Source of the DNA: the human T2T-CHM13v2.0 reference genome, Homo sapiens
DNA: 64,000 bases
Direction: 5' to 3' (one strand)
NCBI RefSeq assembly: GCF_009914755.1
Contig: NC_060929.1
Below the pieces are notes generated by a model. The model was given only the letters and a program-made list of their open reading frames with translations. It made no database searches and had not been told where the DNA came from. Positions 13,998 to 27,290 of this stretch are shown in pieces; position 1 is the stretch's first letter; the number at the start of each line of letters is the position of its first letter. Made by a program: the position numbers and the translations under genes.

Positions 13998-15615
13998 AGC
14001 CCAGATACAGAAATTGAGGTACTGCCTGCCTCTGCCAATACCGTCCCAGTGCGCCTTCTACTCTACTTCCAGGAGAGAGACAGATGGCTCCTGCCTGATT
14101 TATGGGGCTTGATAGTTAAAGTAGAATAGCTTCCTGTAAGGGCAGTCATATACATGGGAAACCGTATAGTGAGAGTTTAATGTTTTAATCAGGTATGTAA
14201 CTTGTAAATGATAGATTAGGAAATATATTTATTTTCAATCTGCAGGCTGCTAGAAGCTGGACCTGAGCATCTTAGCATCGTTTATTAGTTCATAATCCAT
14301 CATTTCCTATTATGTATTCTTTAGGTAAGATTATGCTTTGACCCTAGAGTATCAAAAAATAGTTTATGACACAAAATGAGTGATATAATGGGCCAATTTA
14401 CCCTGCAGTGATGGCAGTGAGCATGCAGCTATAGGGCTACTCTCAGCCACTCTCCCGAGGTGACCGCAGGTCTGCAAGCGTGGTAAGGGGTCAGGATCTG
14501 AAGTGCTGATCTTGGCCCCAGTTATTCCTTTCTCCTTAGCCTTGACAAACTTGTTTGCCTTCTGGGTCTTGGTTTCCTAAGTACAACATGGGGGCAGGAT
14601 GGTTATTTACGTGCAGAAACTCAGAAGTATGGTGAGGATTAATTAATGTGTATAAATCACTTTGAAGATGAAAAGCAGTATATTATTACTTACAGAGCTG
14701 CAGGGGCATAAACAGTGCATTGCAAACACAGAGAAAAGTGCCTTTTGGAGAACCAATGATTGTGCCCACCTGGGAAACAAGCCATCAGGGAAGGGCAGAA
14801 AGACAACATGAAAACCGAGGCCCTCCTGTTAAGGAGACCGGCGCTTTTAAGGGCTGAGTCCATTCTGGTTCACACATGACTCTGCATTCCACTAGAACAT
14901 GACAGGTCCTGAAATTGATGCATCAGCCCCAGGACCTTTATGGGCAGGCAGTGGGTTCAGGCCTGCCAGGCACCGTGACAAATAAGTCAAATTATCATCC
15001 TTGCGTGTTCAAACCCGAAGAAAGAAGACTTTCCAGAAATGAGCAGTTTGGACATTGCTCGGCCCCCTGACAAGTTCTTCCATAGATCCAGGCCCGTGGG
15101 CGGGTGTAAAAGCAGAATGCCAGCCCTGTGCAAACTAGATGACCCAGGTCTTTACGAGCTCAGCAGAGATGCCCAGTTCCTACCCACACAGCTGGGGTCA
15201 GAGAACTTTTATGATCTGCTCCTCCATCAGACCCTCTCTGTGCCAAATTCTCTCAGCGTACAAACATCCTGGAATAAATTACTCTGGAAAGCTGAATAAA
15301 CCACCAGGGGACCACTTTGTGCATCACTCAGGCCCTGGCACAAACAATTCCTAGGGAATACTGGTTTAGGAGAATTTTTCTGTGAAATGCAAGAGACTTT
15401 CCTCTCAGGAAGGTGTCTTTCTTCTTCAGGCAGCTCAGGTACTTTCATTACCTGCACCACCAGAAGTCCCTAAGTTTCTGAATCATGTAACCAAAGTATT
15501 TTATTACCAACCTCACCTATTTTAGACAAGATGTATTGTGTTATCTTGATAGTATGCATAACAATCACTAGTTAGAACCTTCTACCTGTTTAGAACTAGA
15601 AGCATTTCCATTTGA

Positions 15616-15945
<330 letters not shown>

Positions 15946-16391
15946 TGAAGCACTTTTATACAACTATTCAATTTGAATCATATCCCCAGTCGTCAACCAA
16001 CACTCTAGCAGAAAATAAAATCTGCATATTACAATCATTTGACAAGCACTGACACCGAGGCCCAGAGAGTCTAAAGTCTCCTGGCCTAGGTAGATAGTTG
16101 CAGGGCGAGCACTAGGCCCTTGGTCTCTTGATGTCTCCTTGAAGGTCTTTCTCTTCACTTCTTTCTCCTCAAGATTGCAGTTAACCAGTTTCTCACATAC
16201 TGTATGAAACTGAAATAAATGATCCCGTTGATAGCATTAACTCACCTTATCTAGCTCTATCCTCTTTAGCAAGGTAGAGTAGTTGGTTCCTGCTTCCTGA
16301 ATCATCTTCTAACGCAGTGGATAGAAACTATAGCCCCTCCGCAGTATTATAATCAGTCCTCATATTTCTGCTTTCCAGTTGTCTTGTGTTA

Positions 16392-16721
16392 TAGAGGTCA
16401 GCAAACATTTTCTGCAAAAAGTTGGAGACTAAATATTTTTGGTTCATGTGCTACTTAGTGACAGCTGGTTAACTCTGCTGTTGTAAGTTAAAAACAGCCA
16501 TAGACGGTGTGTAAATGAACAGGTATGGCTGTGCACCCATAAAATTTTAATTATGCCCCCTGGTTTTTTAGTTTAATGTAATTTTTATGTGTTATGAAAT
16601 ATTATTTTCTTTTTAAAAAATTTCAGCCATTAGAATGTAAACCCATTGTTTAGATTATGTGCCATGCAAAAACAGGTGGCAGCCTGGATTTGGTCCGCAG
16701 GCCATAGTTTGTCAACCCTTG
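16392..16721 (+). mobile_element. MER58B-like hAT-Charlie DNA transposon
   Basis: Termini tagaggtcagcaaac / gtttgtcaacccttg; internal cagccatagac..gtaaatgaac..ggctgtg and ggatttggtccgcaggccatagtttg; about 330 bp. Confidence 0.85.
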
Positions 16722-19279
16722 TTTGATTACATTACAGCTTATTTCCTAAGAATACCTTTCAGGTTGTCCACATCTCTATTACAAAAAATTGCTTCCCAAC
16801 TGGCTAAGAGTCCAACCATATGTCCACTGTCAATGAAGCAGGTGACTGACATTTTCTGATACTGCAACTCCATTTCACAATGAGTAATTGCATCTGACTT
16901 TCTGGCCCAAACCAAAAAGTAGAAAAAGCAAGTCACTTTTCTCTTTAAATACTTTCTATAGGATAAATTTTTCCAAGGAAAATTTTAGGAATTTTAGGAC
17001 ACTTCATCGTGAAAGCATAGCTTTTAACTAGACTGCTTGAAACAGTGCTCCAATCCATGGATAGAGTGGAATTGCCTGGCCATTTTGCCTAGTACTCATT
17101 TGTCCTCAATCTTTGATTATCCCAGGTTCCTCTGGAAAATTATCACCTGTTTTTAGAAGTTACTCAGTTTCTGATGCCTTCGTTGTTGAGGTTTTCCAAC
17201 AGATTGTAATGATGCTGTGTCATGGAATGACATCATTGCTTTCTTGTCCTAGGTTAACATTGGAATAGATCTAGTTTCCTTAAAAGGCATCGAAGTTCTT
17301 GCAGGGCTACCCCACATCAAGGAAGAAAGATGCTTCTCATGTGTGACTCTGTTGTTTAACTCCAGATAATCTTAGAAATTCTAAGGCGAGAGTCAACACA
17401 AGAGTTCGGCATGACATGGGACTCAGACTGTCACCCCTGAGCTAAAACAATACGCAACATACACTGAGCTTCTGCCAAAGACACTTCACGGGGTTGGTAA
17501 GGGAAGGCAGGAGAGAGAAAGATAAGAGCATTTATGTCATCCTAAATTAGTTCTTAGCTCTTCAGATCTCTGCCAAACTAAAATACATATATATATATTA
17601 GAAAGTCACCTTGTCTTTTTTCACTACAGTAATTCCTGCCAAATGTGAAATACTATGTTTGAAGTTAGCTGCTCAACACTCTGTCTTCTGCCACTCTGAC
17701 TTTGATCTGGAAAGAACGCGGGCCATCAACATGTCAGGATGTTAAAAGTGTGGTAATTTGGGGTGCTTTCAGTTTCTTTTGAAAACAATGAGAGATTATT
17801 TTCTATGGAAACTAAAAGCCTACCATGTGTTTAAAGTTGCTACACTTGAAAATTGATATGTTGAGACTCACGCTGATGAATCTTGCGTTCTCTGCTGCTA
17901 TTTTGTGTATTCTCATCTCACTGAACGGAGCAGGTTTGGAGAAAACATAAAGAAAATGACAGAAAATGATGAGAATGGTACACTTGCCTGGCATCTTTTG
18001 TGGGGGCGCAGACTAGGAAAAATGTCAGCCCTCTCATTCCAACTCACTGCTCTTTGACTATCTGGAGAGATGGGAAACCTCATCCTCCTGTATGAATTCC
18101 AAGTTGTGTACTTACCTCCCACATCTAAAGGGCAAAATGCTAATGATTAAATCTGAACAGTCAAGCAAATAACATTTCCACCCAACTCCCTGGGCCCAGA
18201 TGGTCAAACTGAGAAAAAGAGAGCTGCCCACAAGTAAGTCAGGGGACCCAGTCATATTATCTATGCCAGTGTTAGTAGCAGACTTCTTATCTAATAGATA
18301 TGCTAATGTGCTCTTAACCTGATAATAAAGTCCTGTCAGTGCTTACACACTGGTGAGTCTTTGGCAGGGGGACTGCCATTTCGTAACTGAACATCTGATT
18401 TCAGAGGGCCTGTCAATTTATGGGAAGACAATTACATCATTCATTAGCTAGGTCTCCATCACCTAGCGGCCATGTGGCAATAATTGTACCTCGTGTTTGA
18501 CATTCAGAAAAAATGAATCCCTCTGCTTCGGAGGAGGATGTGGCCTCTTTAAAAACATATTTGTGCAATCTGGGGGACTTGAAGTGCTTCAGGAGGGTCA
18601 GCAGCTCTGGGGAGATGCCTTTGCTTTCCTCTCCGAGATTCCCATCAGAAGTCAGGATAGTCGGCCCATGCAGGGCTTTCTCACCCTTGTGGGCAGACGC
18701 TGGTGATGAGAGCCAGGAAACAGGTTCTGGTCCTGACTTTGTAGAACATCGTAATACAGAGCCAGAGAGGAGTGATAGGTGCCACAACCCTGTGCACCTC
18801 AAGAATGCCAAGGAAACAACAATGGTATCGTCTGCCAGCCCAGGACTTCGTGCCTCCACAGAGTATACATTGAGTAAATGAATATGGAGAGTTCTCCACC
18901 TACTATCCCTGAATCACCATTCAAGCCTTGCCCTAGACTTTCTCTCTATAACGATGATCTCTCTAGCAGTCATCCATCCAGAAGCAGTAATAGAATGCTA
19001 GAACATCAGTGTTGACTTCTTCACACACCCTACTTATTTGACTGGATTCCTTTGGGTGGTGGCCAAGCCAACAGGCCCTTCAGCTTCCACAGTGTGCTTT
19101 TAAATTCTCCATTTCTGACATCTTTCGTTGGTTCATTGATTTGTGCTTGGGGTTTCCTGATTGAGGATTCTGACACAACTTCTAATGGACTGTAAATTAG
19201 TGTTATTTCATTCTATGTTTTATCTGGAACACAATTTCAAGTTCTTGCTTTGCCTTGGTAGTTAGACAAGAAGCAGCTT

Positions 19280-19825
19280 GATGTCGTAGAAAGCACATAC
19301 ATGGACTTTGGTGTCAGAGAGGGCTGTGTTTGAAGTCTGGCCTGTATACATAAAGTCCATGTGATGATGGGCTTGCTATTTAAAATCTCTGCACCTTAGT
19401 TTCCTCATCAGAAAAATGAGGAGAATTCCTACTTTGTAAACATGCCTCAAGCATTCATTGAAATGGTAGATGCATGCAACTCTTCTTCAAATCCAATGTC
19501 ATCAATTATGAGAAATGCCATCATTGTGCATCCCTAAGAGGGAAAGAGGTTGTCAATTAAACTATGCCATGATTTCTTAGCATTTGTAATTTTTATTTTA
19601 TATATTTGGAAAGAGATAGGCACAGGCATGATAGATTGATGTAACAACCATGTGAATAGGTAGGTCCGTGGTCACAAAGGCCCTGTAATACAACACCAAT
19701 TATAAGGTGCATTCTGATTCCAGACTTGTGGAAATATTTAAAAAATTCTGAATCTTATAGTCAGTGGAACATGGTGGTACCTGGCACACAATAGAAGCTC
19801 AACTAAATGGAGCTATGGTGATCAT
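19280..19825 (+). mobile_element. MIR interrupted by a DNA transposon
   Basis: ctctgcaccttagtttcctcatcagaaaaatgagg before and gtacctggcacacaatagaagctcaact after the insert. Confidence 0.65.
19478..19775. mobile_element. TcMar-Tc2 element (MER104/Kanga-like)
   Basis: ctaagagggaaagaggttgtcaattaaactatg and attataaggtgcattctgattccagac...tcttatagtcagtggaacatgg resemble MER104/Kanga ends. Confidence 0.55.
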
Positions 19826-22175
19826 TGTACTAGCCACTGCACACCTATGCCAGGTCCAATGAGAAGAGTATGCCCAAAATAGTGACCTGCACTGCCCAGC
19901 GCTTTGTAGGCAATCAGTACATATTTGTTGAACTCATGAATGCTGATTAGGGTTACATCTGAGTTGTACCAGTTGTGGAAGGTGTTTTCCAAATACCCAG
20001 AATCCTTGATCCCTAGCTTCACTGTTCCCTTATGTAAGGGGAGGTTTTTGGTTTCTTGATGTGGTAATTGCCTCCGTTCCCAAATTGCACTTCTGAGTTA
20101 GAAAGCACTTAGGCAAAGGAATGGTTAGGGGGCCATGTAAGCACCACATTTAAGCCCTCTAGCAGGAATCTGTGATTCCCTGAAATCGAGAGAACTGACT
20201 GAGAGAAACTGGGAAGTGTTTGTATCTGGCATAAGGCCATCATTTGGCACTGATATTACAAAAGTGTAGCAGAATTTACTTGGAGTTCAAGGTGAAGAAG
20301 CAAATAATGGCATAAATCTAAAAGTCTGTTGGCTATTTCTCTGTAAATGAGGATGTACTAAGAAAAGAAAGCAATCGCTACAAGGCACCGAGTAGAGAAA
20401 AGAACTATTATATGGTAAATTAGGTCTCTGTACACAACCCACACAGAATCTTTTGTGCTCTGAAATGCCTTGCTTAGCTACATGGCCTCATACAACAGAA
20501 ACCTAACCCAAAGCAAACTTCTAAAACATACATGTTTCTTTTAAGGTCACCTAAAACCAGACTTTTTTGTGTCCCACATTGAAAATTCTTTTATAGAAAA
20601 TTCATGTTTTGATTGTTAAGAATAGACACCCAGAATTTTTGCCTGAGCCCTTCTCTTATCAAACAAGTCATTTATTAAATTGATGCCTCATAATAAGATT
20701 CTCTGCATTCAGAGAGCAAATAGTCCATCAACTGTATTAACACATTTATCATTACCATAAAAAAGAAGATAATGCATTGCATGTTCTGCTAATTTCACTT
20801 TTTATATCATCAGCCTTCTGGCATTAATAAGTAAATATCACACTGTATCAGAAAATATAACAGCACTAAGCTACATGTTGGTAAGAAAAGAGTTTTACTA
20901 AAGAAAATATTATCCTCCCTTCTGGGAAAGTGAAAAAAATTATAAGATATGTAATATGTGTCATCTTTCAAAGGCTTTTTTTGTTTGTTTGTTTCTAAAA
21001 ACCAAAGCCATGGATGAGAAGAGAGGAGAAGCTTTGCCTCCAACCTTTACATTTCTTTCATCATGACTTTCTTTGCAGTTGTTAGGGAAGGCCCTTCCCT
21101 TGGGATGGGTTTTCATTTGAGTTAGGTCATTTGTGGGGAGATTCGTGCAAACATGTTCGGCACTCCCCTAGGGACTCTGTCTTTATAAAAGAAGGGCATA
21201 TTACCTTGCTTTTGCCTTTGCAGTCATGATGCAATTCTCTCAGTTTGCTTACTTATATTACACCATGAGCATTTTAAAGTCACGTTAATGAAGTTTATAT
21301 TAGACTTGCTTATATTCCACAGGGAAGGGTCAGTGGCAGTGTGTCAAATGCATTCTGTTCTTCAGGCCGTGATAAACAAGATGGCATCTTTCAAGGAAGT
21401 TCAGTGTGCCTTTGAATTAGATGCATCTTTGAAACTGGTTTTAAGGCTGCCTTATGCACCAAATTTTACAAACAGACTTCTGGGACATTAGCTAAATTTG
21501 GAGTAGTGTGTTTAAACTTTCTTTTAGTAACAAGATTTGTAGACTTCCTGAATCTCGAGAGAATTATGAGTTAAGACTCTTTTTCCCGTGAAGAAAATAT
21601 TTGTTACTCTGTACATTAATTTTATGTTAATTAATTTACAGTTTATTAAATGTACTTGAATAGGTTCATGTATATTCATTCAATGCTTTTCCACTGGGCA
21701 AGAAATTTCACTTTGGCATATGATTGGCTGGTCGCACTGTGTGCTGAAATCTGCAGGCCAGCCTTAATATCCAGGATATTTTTACTTGAAATTTTTTTCC
21801 TGGATCCAGATCCCAAAAAGCAACAAATGAAATAGTACAGTTACCAGGAAAGTTTAAAAAGCCTGGGGTAAGTTGTGTTTTGCATGAGCATCTCCTGTCC
21901 TGGTGTTAATCAGGCACACACAGCAGCGATAGAAGGCATCTGAGTTTCATTTTCCCAGGACCATCAGGGGAACAGAAGCTTTTATACTAAAAAGCTTTTT
22001 ATTACCTGATTGGTATAAATCAATGATTAGCCATCCTTTTTGTTTCCTGGATATGTACAAGGGTCTAACCAATGTACAATAAGAAATTGAGGACATTTGT
22101 GTCTATTTTTATCCAGTCTGTTTTAATCAAATGATGACATTATCTTTTCCCGAGTTTAAAATTACAAAGTTTTTA

Positions 22176-22180
<5 letters not shown>

Positions 22181-22218
<38 letters not shown>
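22181..22218. repeat. (AC)n microsatellite, about 19 units
   Basis: Read directly. Confidence 0.97.
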
Positions 22219-22220
<2 letters not shown>

Positions 22221-23366
22221 AAAGCTGGCATAACTGTGAAGAGTCAAGAGCCAAGGAAAGAGGAATTAATACCAAAAAGGGTGGGATGAAATTAAGTCAA
22301 GAAGTAAGAAAAAGGCATAAGATGCTGAGAATAGAGTAATTAGAAGCATTAACTAGCAAGAGAAACTAGGAAATGCCATACATCAATTGGGATAAAATAT
22401 GGAACAGTTAAAGGACACAAATAGGAGGGGAAAATGGCACCCAGCATACCAAATTACAAATATCTTCTGCACAATTTCTTGAACCTATAAGTCCAACCAA
22501 GGTAATGAGATGAAAAGCAATCGTTGTGAATTGCTTGGAGGTGCTGTTTCGCCACCTCATCTTACATCATTAAACTTTTGGTCCCCTCATGAACTACTTA
22601 GATAAACAACAGTGGGCAGCTCAACATTTATCCAAATAAACCAGAAAGCTACCACGATAAAGGAAATTGAGTTTATAGACACAGCGGACTCTTGCCTAAT
22701 AGACGAGAGTAATGTGTCTAATGTCGAACATCAATCTATATTTCAAGTATAGTATGAAGGAGGGCCTCGAGAAACAACTTATGCTACAAAATCACTTTGC
22801 ACTAGAGGTGGTTTATCTTCTGTTGTGTCTAATTGATCTCCACGTAATTCAGCTACAACCCTTGCTACTGAAAATGATGTAAGAGATGGAAAGACTGAAT
22901 GTGGCTGTTGGTTCTCCAGAGACCATAGCAAGTTGGGGGTTCCAAATCGCCTTTGTCTTCAAATGTATTGTCGTTGGAATGATCCTTGAAGCCAGAGAGC
23001 AAGTCTATTTATTTTTTAATCAAGTGAGGGCATTCATGAACGTCTTCTTTTCAATCCTGATTTGTAAAAAAATCTACATAAGGGAGAATTATTTTATACC
23101 AGACCCTTCCCATGCCTTATTTTGCCTAACTTCATAGTGTGAAGAAAGATCCAGTAGTGATATTTTAGATTACCCTGCAATGTTAGTTCCCAATCAAATT
23201 CTGTGGATTTATGAACTGCCTGCACTTAGGAGAGTCTCTTAATCCCAGTGGAACAGGGTCTGGTCTAGACCAGGACATAGATATGCTGAGGCCATGGCTA
23301 GTGGTAGTGGGGACTTGGGAGTGGAGCAGTGAAAGAGAAGGGAAGGGAGGTCAGCCCCCATTTGGG

Positions 23367-23367
<1 letters not shown>

Positions 23368-23408
<41 letters not shown>
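23368..23408. repeat. (GC)3(AC)n microsatellite
   Basis: tgcgcgcacacacac... read directly. Confidence 0.97.
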
Positions 23409-23409
<1 letters not shown>

Positions 23410-25978
23410 ACTATCCCCGCTGACCCTGCTTCAAAAATGCCAATCAGAAACCTCTTTTAATATGTGCACATCTTAATAAAGTATCTGGACGGGTGGATTT
23501 GGTTTGACTTTCAGGAAACCAACTTCTAGTCCTGCTTCCAAAGATTTAATCTTTCACAGTGTTTGCATTTGCACAGATATGGATGCCACCGTTTCTTTTT
23601 CCTCCTCTCTCCTACCCTATACACTGCACCTTTAAATCGCCTTGGGGGAAATCCAGATTTATCCTGCTCTGTCACGGTTAATTTTTTTTTAAGTCATATA
23701 CATAATACAAAACAATAATAAAGTTAATTTCATTTTAGGCTTTTAAAAAACTTACCAGTCTGTGGATCTGTGATTTTTTTCTGACTCTTGTCCCCATCCC
23801 CTCATCCCCATCTCCACCCTCGCTTCTTTGGGTGGAAGGTTGTTGGGTAAAGGTGCTGCCTAAGGTCTCATGAACTCTGCCATGTCTGGGAGAAAGTGTC
23901 TGTATTTCTTTTCTGGGGATGTGAGTGCTGATTGCATGGTGTTGTATTCTTTTCTTCAAAACTATCAGGAATTAAGCCTTTCGGAAAGGTCAGCTGACCC
24001 ACAGTGATATCCATATTGTAGTGAAACACCGATGGCTTGTTTTATGCCAAAGGTAAATAGGAGAGTGGATACAATGAAATGATCTGTGACTAAATGCATC
24101 TTGAAGGAAGAAAAAGAGCTGTCTGTCGTGTTTGTATGACTAAGGGATTTCTTAAACAAGCTGTGGACCCCACCCAGGGAGAATGCTGTCAAAACATGAA
24201 AAAAAATACAGAGATCACACGAAAGCCAAGTCTGAACTCTTTAATTGCATGTCTGAATACCTTGCTAATTTTGCCCACGCCCTTTGTAATTCTTTATTCA
24301 TAACACACTACCACTGTCTCACCCCTCCCCAAAAACTTTATCGTACCTGTGTCTCCCACAATTCCACAAAGCAACAAAACCAAAAAACCAGCTGATTGAG
24401 AAGATACCCAGATTGGACTAAAGTGGCTCTTGGCTTGTTATCATGCCCTTCAAAAGTCACTTACCAGGGCAGTTATACAGTAGGATTTTGTTGGAAGAGC
24501 TGGTCTGGAATCTCTCTAGGTAGAAATGTATAGAGAGACCCCCAACATGAAAAGTAACTAGGTATGAATTGCAGAAACATAGAAAAAATTCTTTGTGTTG
24601 TATAGATAATGGTGTCGAGTGCTGCCTAATTTGTCATTCATATGATAGGCCAAGTGGGGTGCAGACCCTAATGACAGAGAGTATTTTTTGTGCAGAGGGG
24701 AAAGTAAGTACCATAAGAAAAAGCAAGCATGCACAAGACAGAAAAGACAGGAGAAGCATTCCTTTGTGTCACTGTAGTATATATGGTATATATTCCTGGG
24801 AATATAAAAAGAGGAGGCCAAATGCCTAGCTAGAGAGAATTATAGTTTCCATCGGCTTCTACAGAACAAGGAAGAACCACATGCCCATCACTGGCTTCGT
24901 GAAAAAACAGAAGTTCAAGCTTCATGGGCAGTTAGGAAAATCCTCTGACTTAGATTAAGCCAGTTCTTATGTTTCCACTGGATGATGAGGCTACAGTTTT
25001 AGCCCATCTGTTCACAGCCCTGTCCCCAGCATCCTAAGAGACTCTATCCATTTATCTTTAAAAGCCAAAGAAAAGAGCATGTTGTGAGAGGGAGGAATAA
25101 AGCTGGTAGCCCAGAAAAGACTACCCTAAAGCTGAATGGGAAGACTTAACATCGCTACCCTGAACCACATGACTCTGGAAGGGTCCTGAGGTTCTAGGGC
25201 GCGAGGGTTGTCATGCGGTCTTGACTGAAGGTTTTCCACATGTGCATATAGATTCTCCATGTAGAAAAGAATTTTGATTTGGGGCTTTAATGCCTTCGAA
25301 TGCACATTGAGAATAACACTGCCATGCTTTCACCATAGCCTTGGAATCCTAAAATAAATAATAGAAAAATTGTGATTTAAAATATAATTCCAAATACTAA
25401 CTGGGGCCCGCTGCCTAGATGAGTAATAAGCTTCAATAAATGTGTGACAGGCACAAGGCTCTTCAGTATGAAGAGTAGTGAGGCCTCAGAAATAGAAATA
25501 GCTTTTTCATTACATGAGGGATTATGTTCAGCCTGACTGTGGAGCCTGTTCACGGAGCCACAGCTGCATCTTCTGCCTGCGGTCGTATTAACCAGTAATA
25601 GTAAAACAGTGACGTGCTGCCTGAAACAGCGATTTATTTTAGAGAAGAGAGAAAGGTCGCTTTCTCCTGCTTAAGTCAGGATTACCATTGTTTACTACAC
25701 ACTTTCCCTTAAACTTCTATCTGTCCGTGCTAATGAGCTGCAATTTCAGCTGGGTTCCACCTGGGTGCCTGCCAGGGATGAAGAAATCAGGATGGTTTGG
25801 GGTCGTGGTTACGGCTGTTTTATTTTTACTCACCTCTGCTCATCAACAGGCCCAAGCTTATCTCTTTTTGAAGATTGTATGAAGTTTTATTTTTTAATTT
25901 CAAGCTCACTCAGCTATCTGAGTTTTTCCCAACTCAGGAACTCACAAATCAGCACATGTACTCCAGGCCTTCCTTTTT

Positions 25979-26280
25979 CTTTCTTTTTTTTTTTTTGAGA
26001 CGTAGTCTCACTCTGTCACCCAGGCTGGAGTGCAGCGGCATGATCTCGGCTCACTGCAACACCTCTGCCTCCCGGATTCAAGCAATTCTCCCGCCTCAGC
26101 CTCCCCAGTAGCTGGGATTACAGGCGCCCGCCATCACGCCCACCTAATTTTTGTATTTTTAGTAGAGACGTGGTTTCACCATGTTGGCCAGGCTCGTCTC
26201 GGACTCCTGACCTCAGGTTATCTGCCCACCTTGGCCTCCTAAAGTGCTGGGATTCCAGGTGTGAGCCACCACACCCAGCC
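25979..26280 (-). mobile_element. Full-length AluS (Sx-like)
   Basis: Antisense Alu; degenerate TSD aggccttccttttt / aggctttccttctt. Confidence 0.96.
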
Positions 26281-26884
26281 AGGCTTTCCTTCTTCAAAGG
26301 AGTGAGATGTGTATTGGAGAGGCTGATGTGACCTCGGTGCTACGCCACCCTGCACCTTGGCGACCAAGGAGACTATGGGGTCTTCAAAGATGAGTTTCAG
26401 TCATGATCTGAGAAAGGTTAGGGGGCTCAGTATAGAAGGGCACTCAACATGAGAGCTGATTATCAATTTGAGATGGGTTCTCTTTTCTACACCTTGACAC
26501 AGAATTCCTTTCTTGACACACTGAAACGAACGACTCACTGAAAATATCTACTTCAAGGATGGTTGTTTACTTGGCTCAGAAGACCTGATTTGTAGTCTTA
26601 ACAGTTCCTCATTTGAAGGGCTAGCTGGGTATTCAGGTAGTTCAGTGAGGAAACCCTGAATTTAGTTTAGAAGTTAGGTTCAACTCTCAACTTCTTCTAA
26701 TTGAGTGCTTTTGGGAAAGTCGATTAAATTTCCTAAGCCTTCATTTTTTTTCAACTGTAAGAAATGGTTGATAACCGTAATAGCGATGATACCTTTTTCA
26801 TAGTCACTCTATGTAAAGTTTAAAGTAGGGCTTGATATTTTAATATTATTGTTCTTTGTTTTAATATTATTATTGTTCTTTGTG

Positions 26885-27290
26885 TATTCATTCAAGAGAA
26901 ACTATGCAGAGATGCTAAGTTACAATTCAGCAATTGAGCTATTGGAGTTCAGAGAAGGGAGAAACTCCCAAGGGCTGGAATAGTTGAGGATAACTGGATG
27001 GAGAAGGTTCTAGGCCGACCCAGACCTGGGAAGATGGTTAGAAACTGAACTAGGAATGGGCCAAGAATCATTCCAGATGGGGGAACTAGCAACAGGAAAG
27101 GTAAAAGGAGAAGCCAGAATTAATAGGGTGTTATGAGGAGAGGGACGCCTGCTAAGAACAGTGAAAAACAGTGGAGCAAGACCAGATGATAGATGGCCTT
27201 GAAATCTGGCAGGAGGTTTAATTTGATTAATTTGGCAATAGGGAGGTGCTTCAAGTTCATAAGCGGGAGTATAATATGATAAAATTATGA
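26885..27290 (-). mobile_element. L2 fragment
   Basis: gagctattggagttcagagaaggg, cattccagatgggggaactagc, ggccttgaaatctggcaggaggttt resemble old antisense L2. Confidence 0.6.

Noticed and set aside
18437-18899. Four overlapping ORFs of 69-140 aa
   Set aside because: No homology recognised; stop-poor patch without exon signals I could support.
22798-22815. CTCF-like gcactagaggtgg
   Set aside because: Mismatches in the GGC part of the core; too weak to call.
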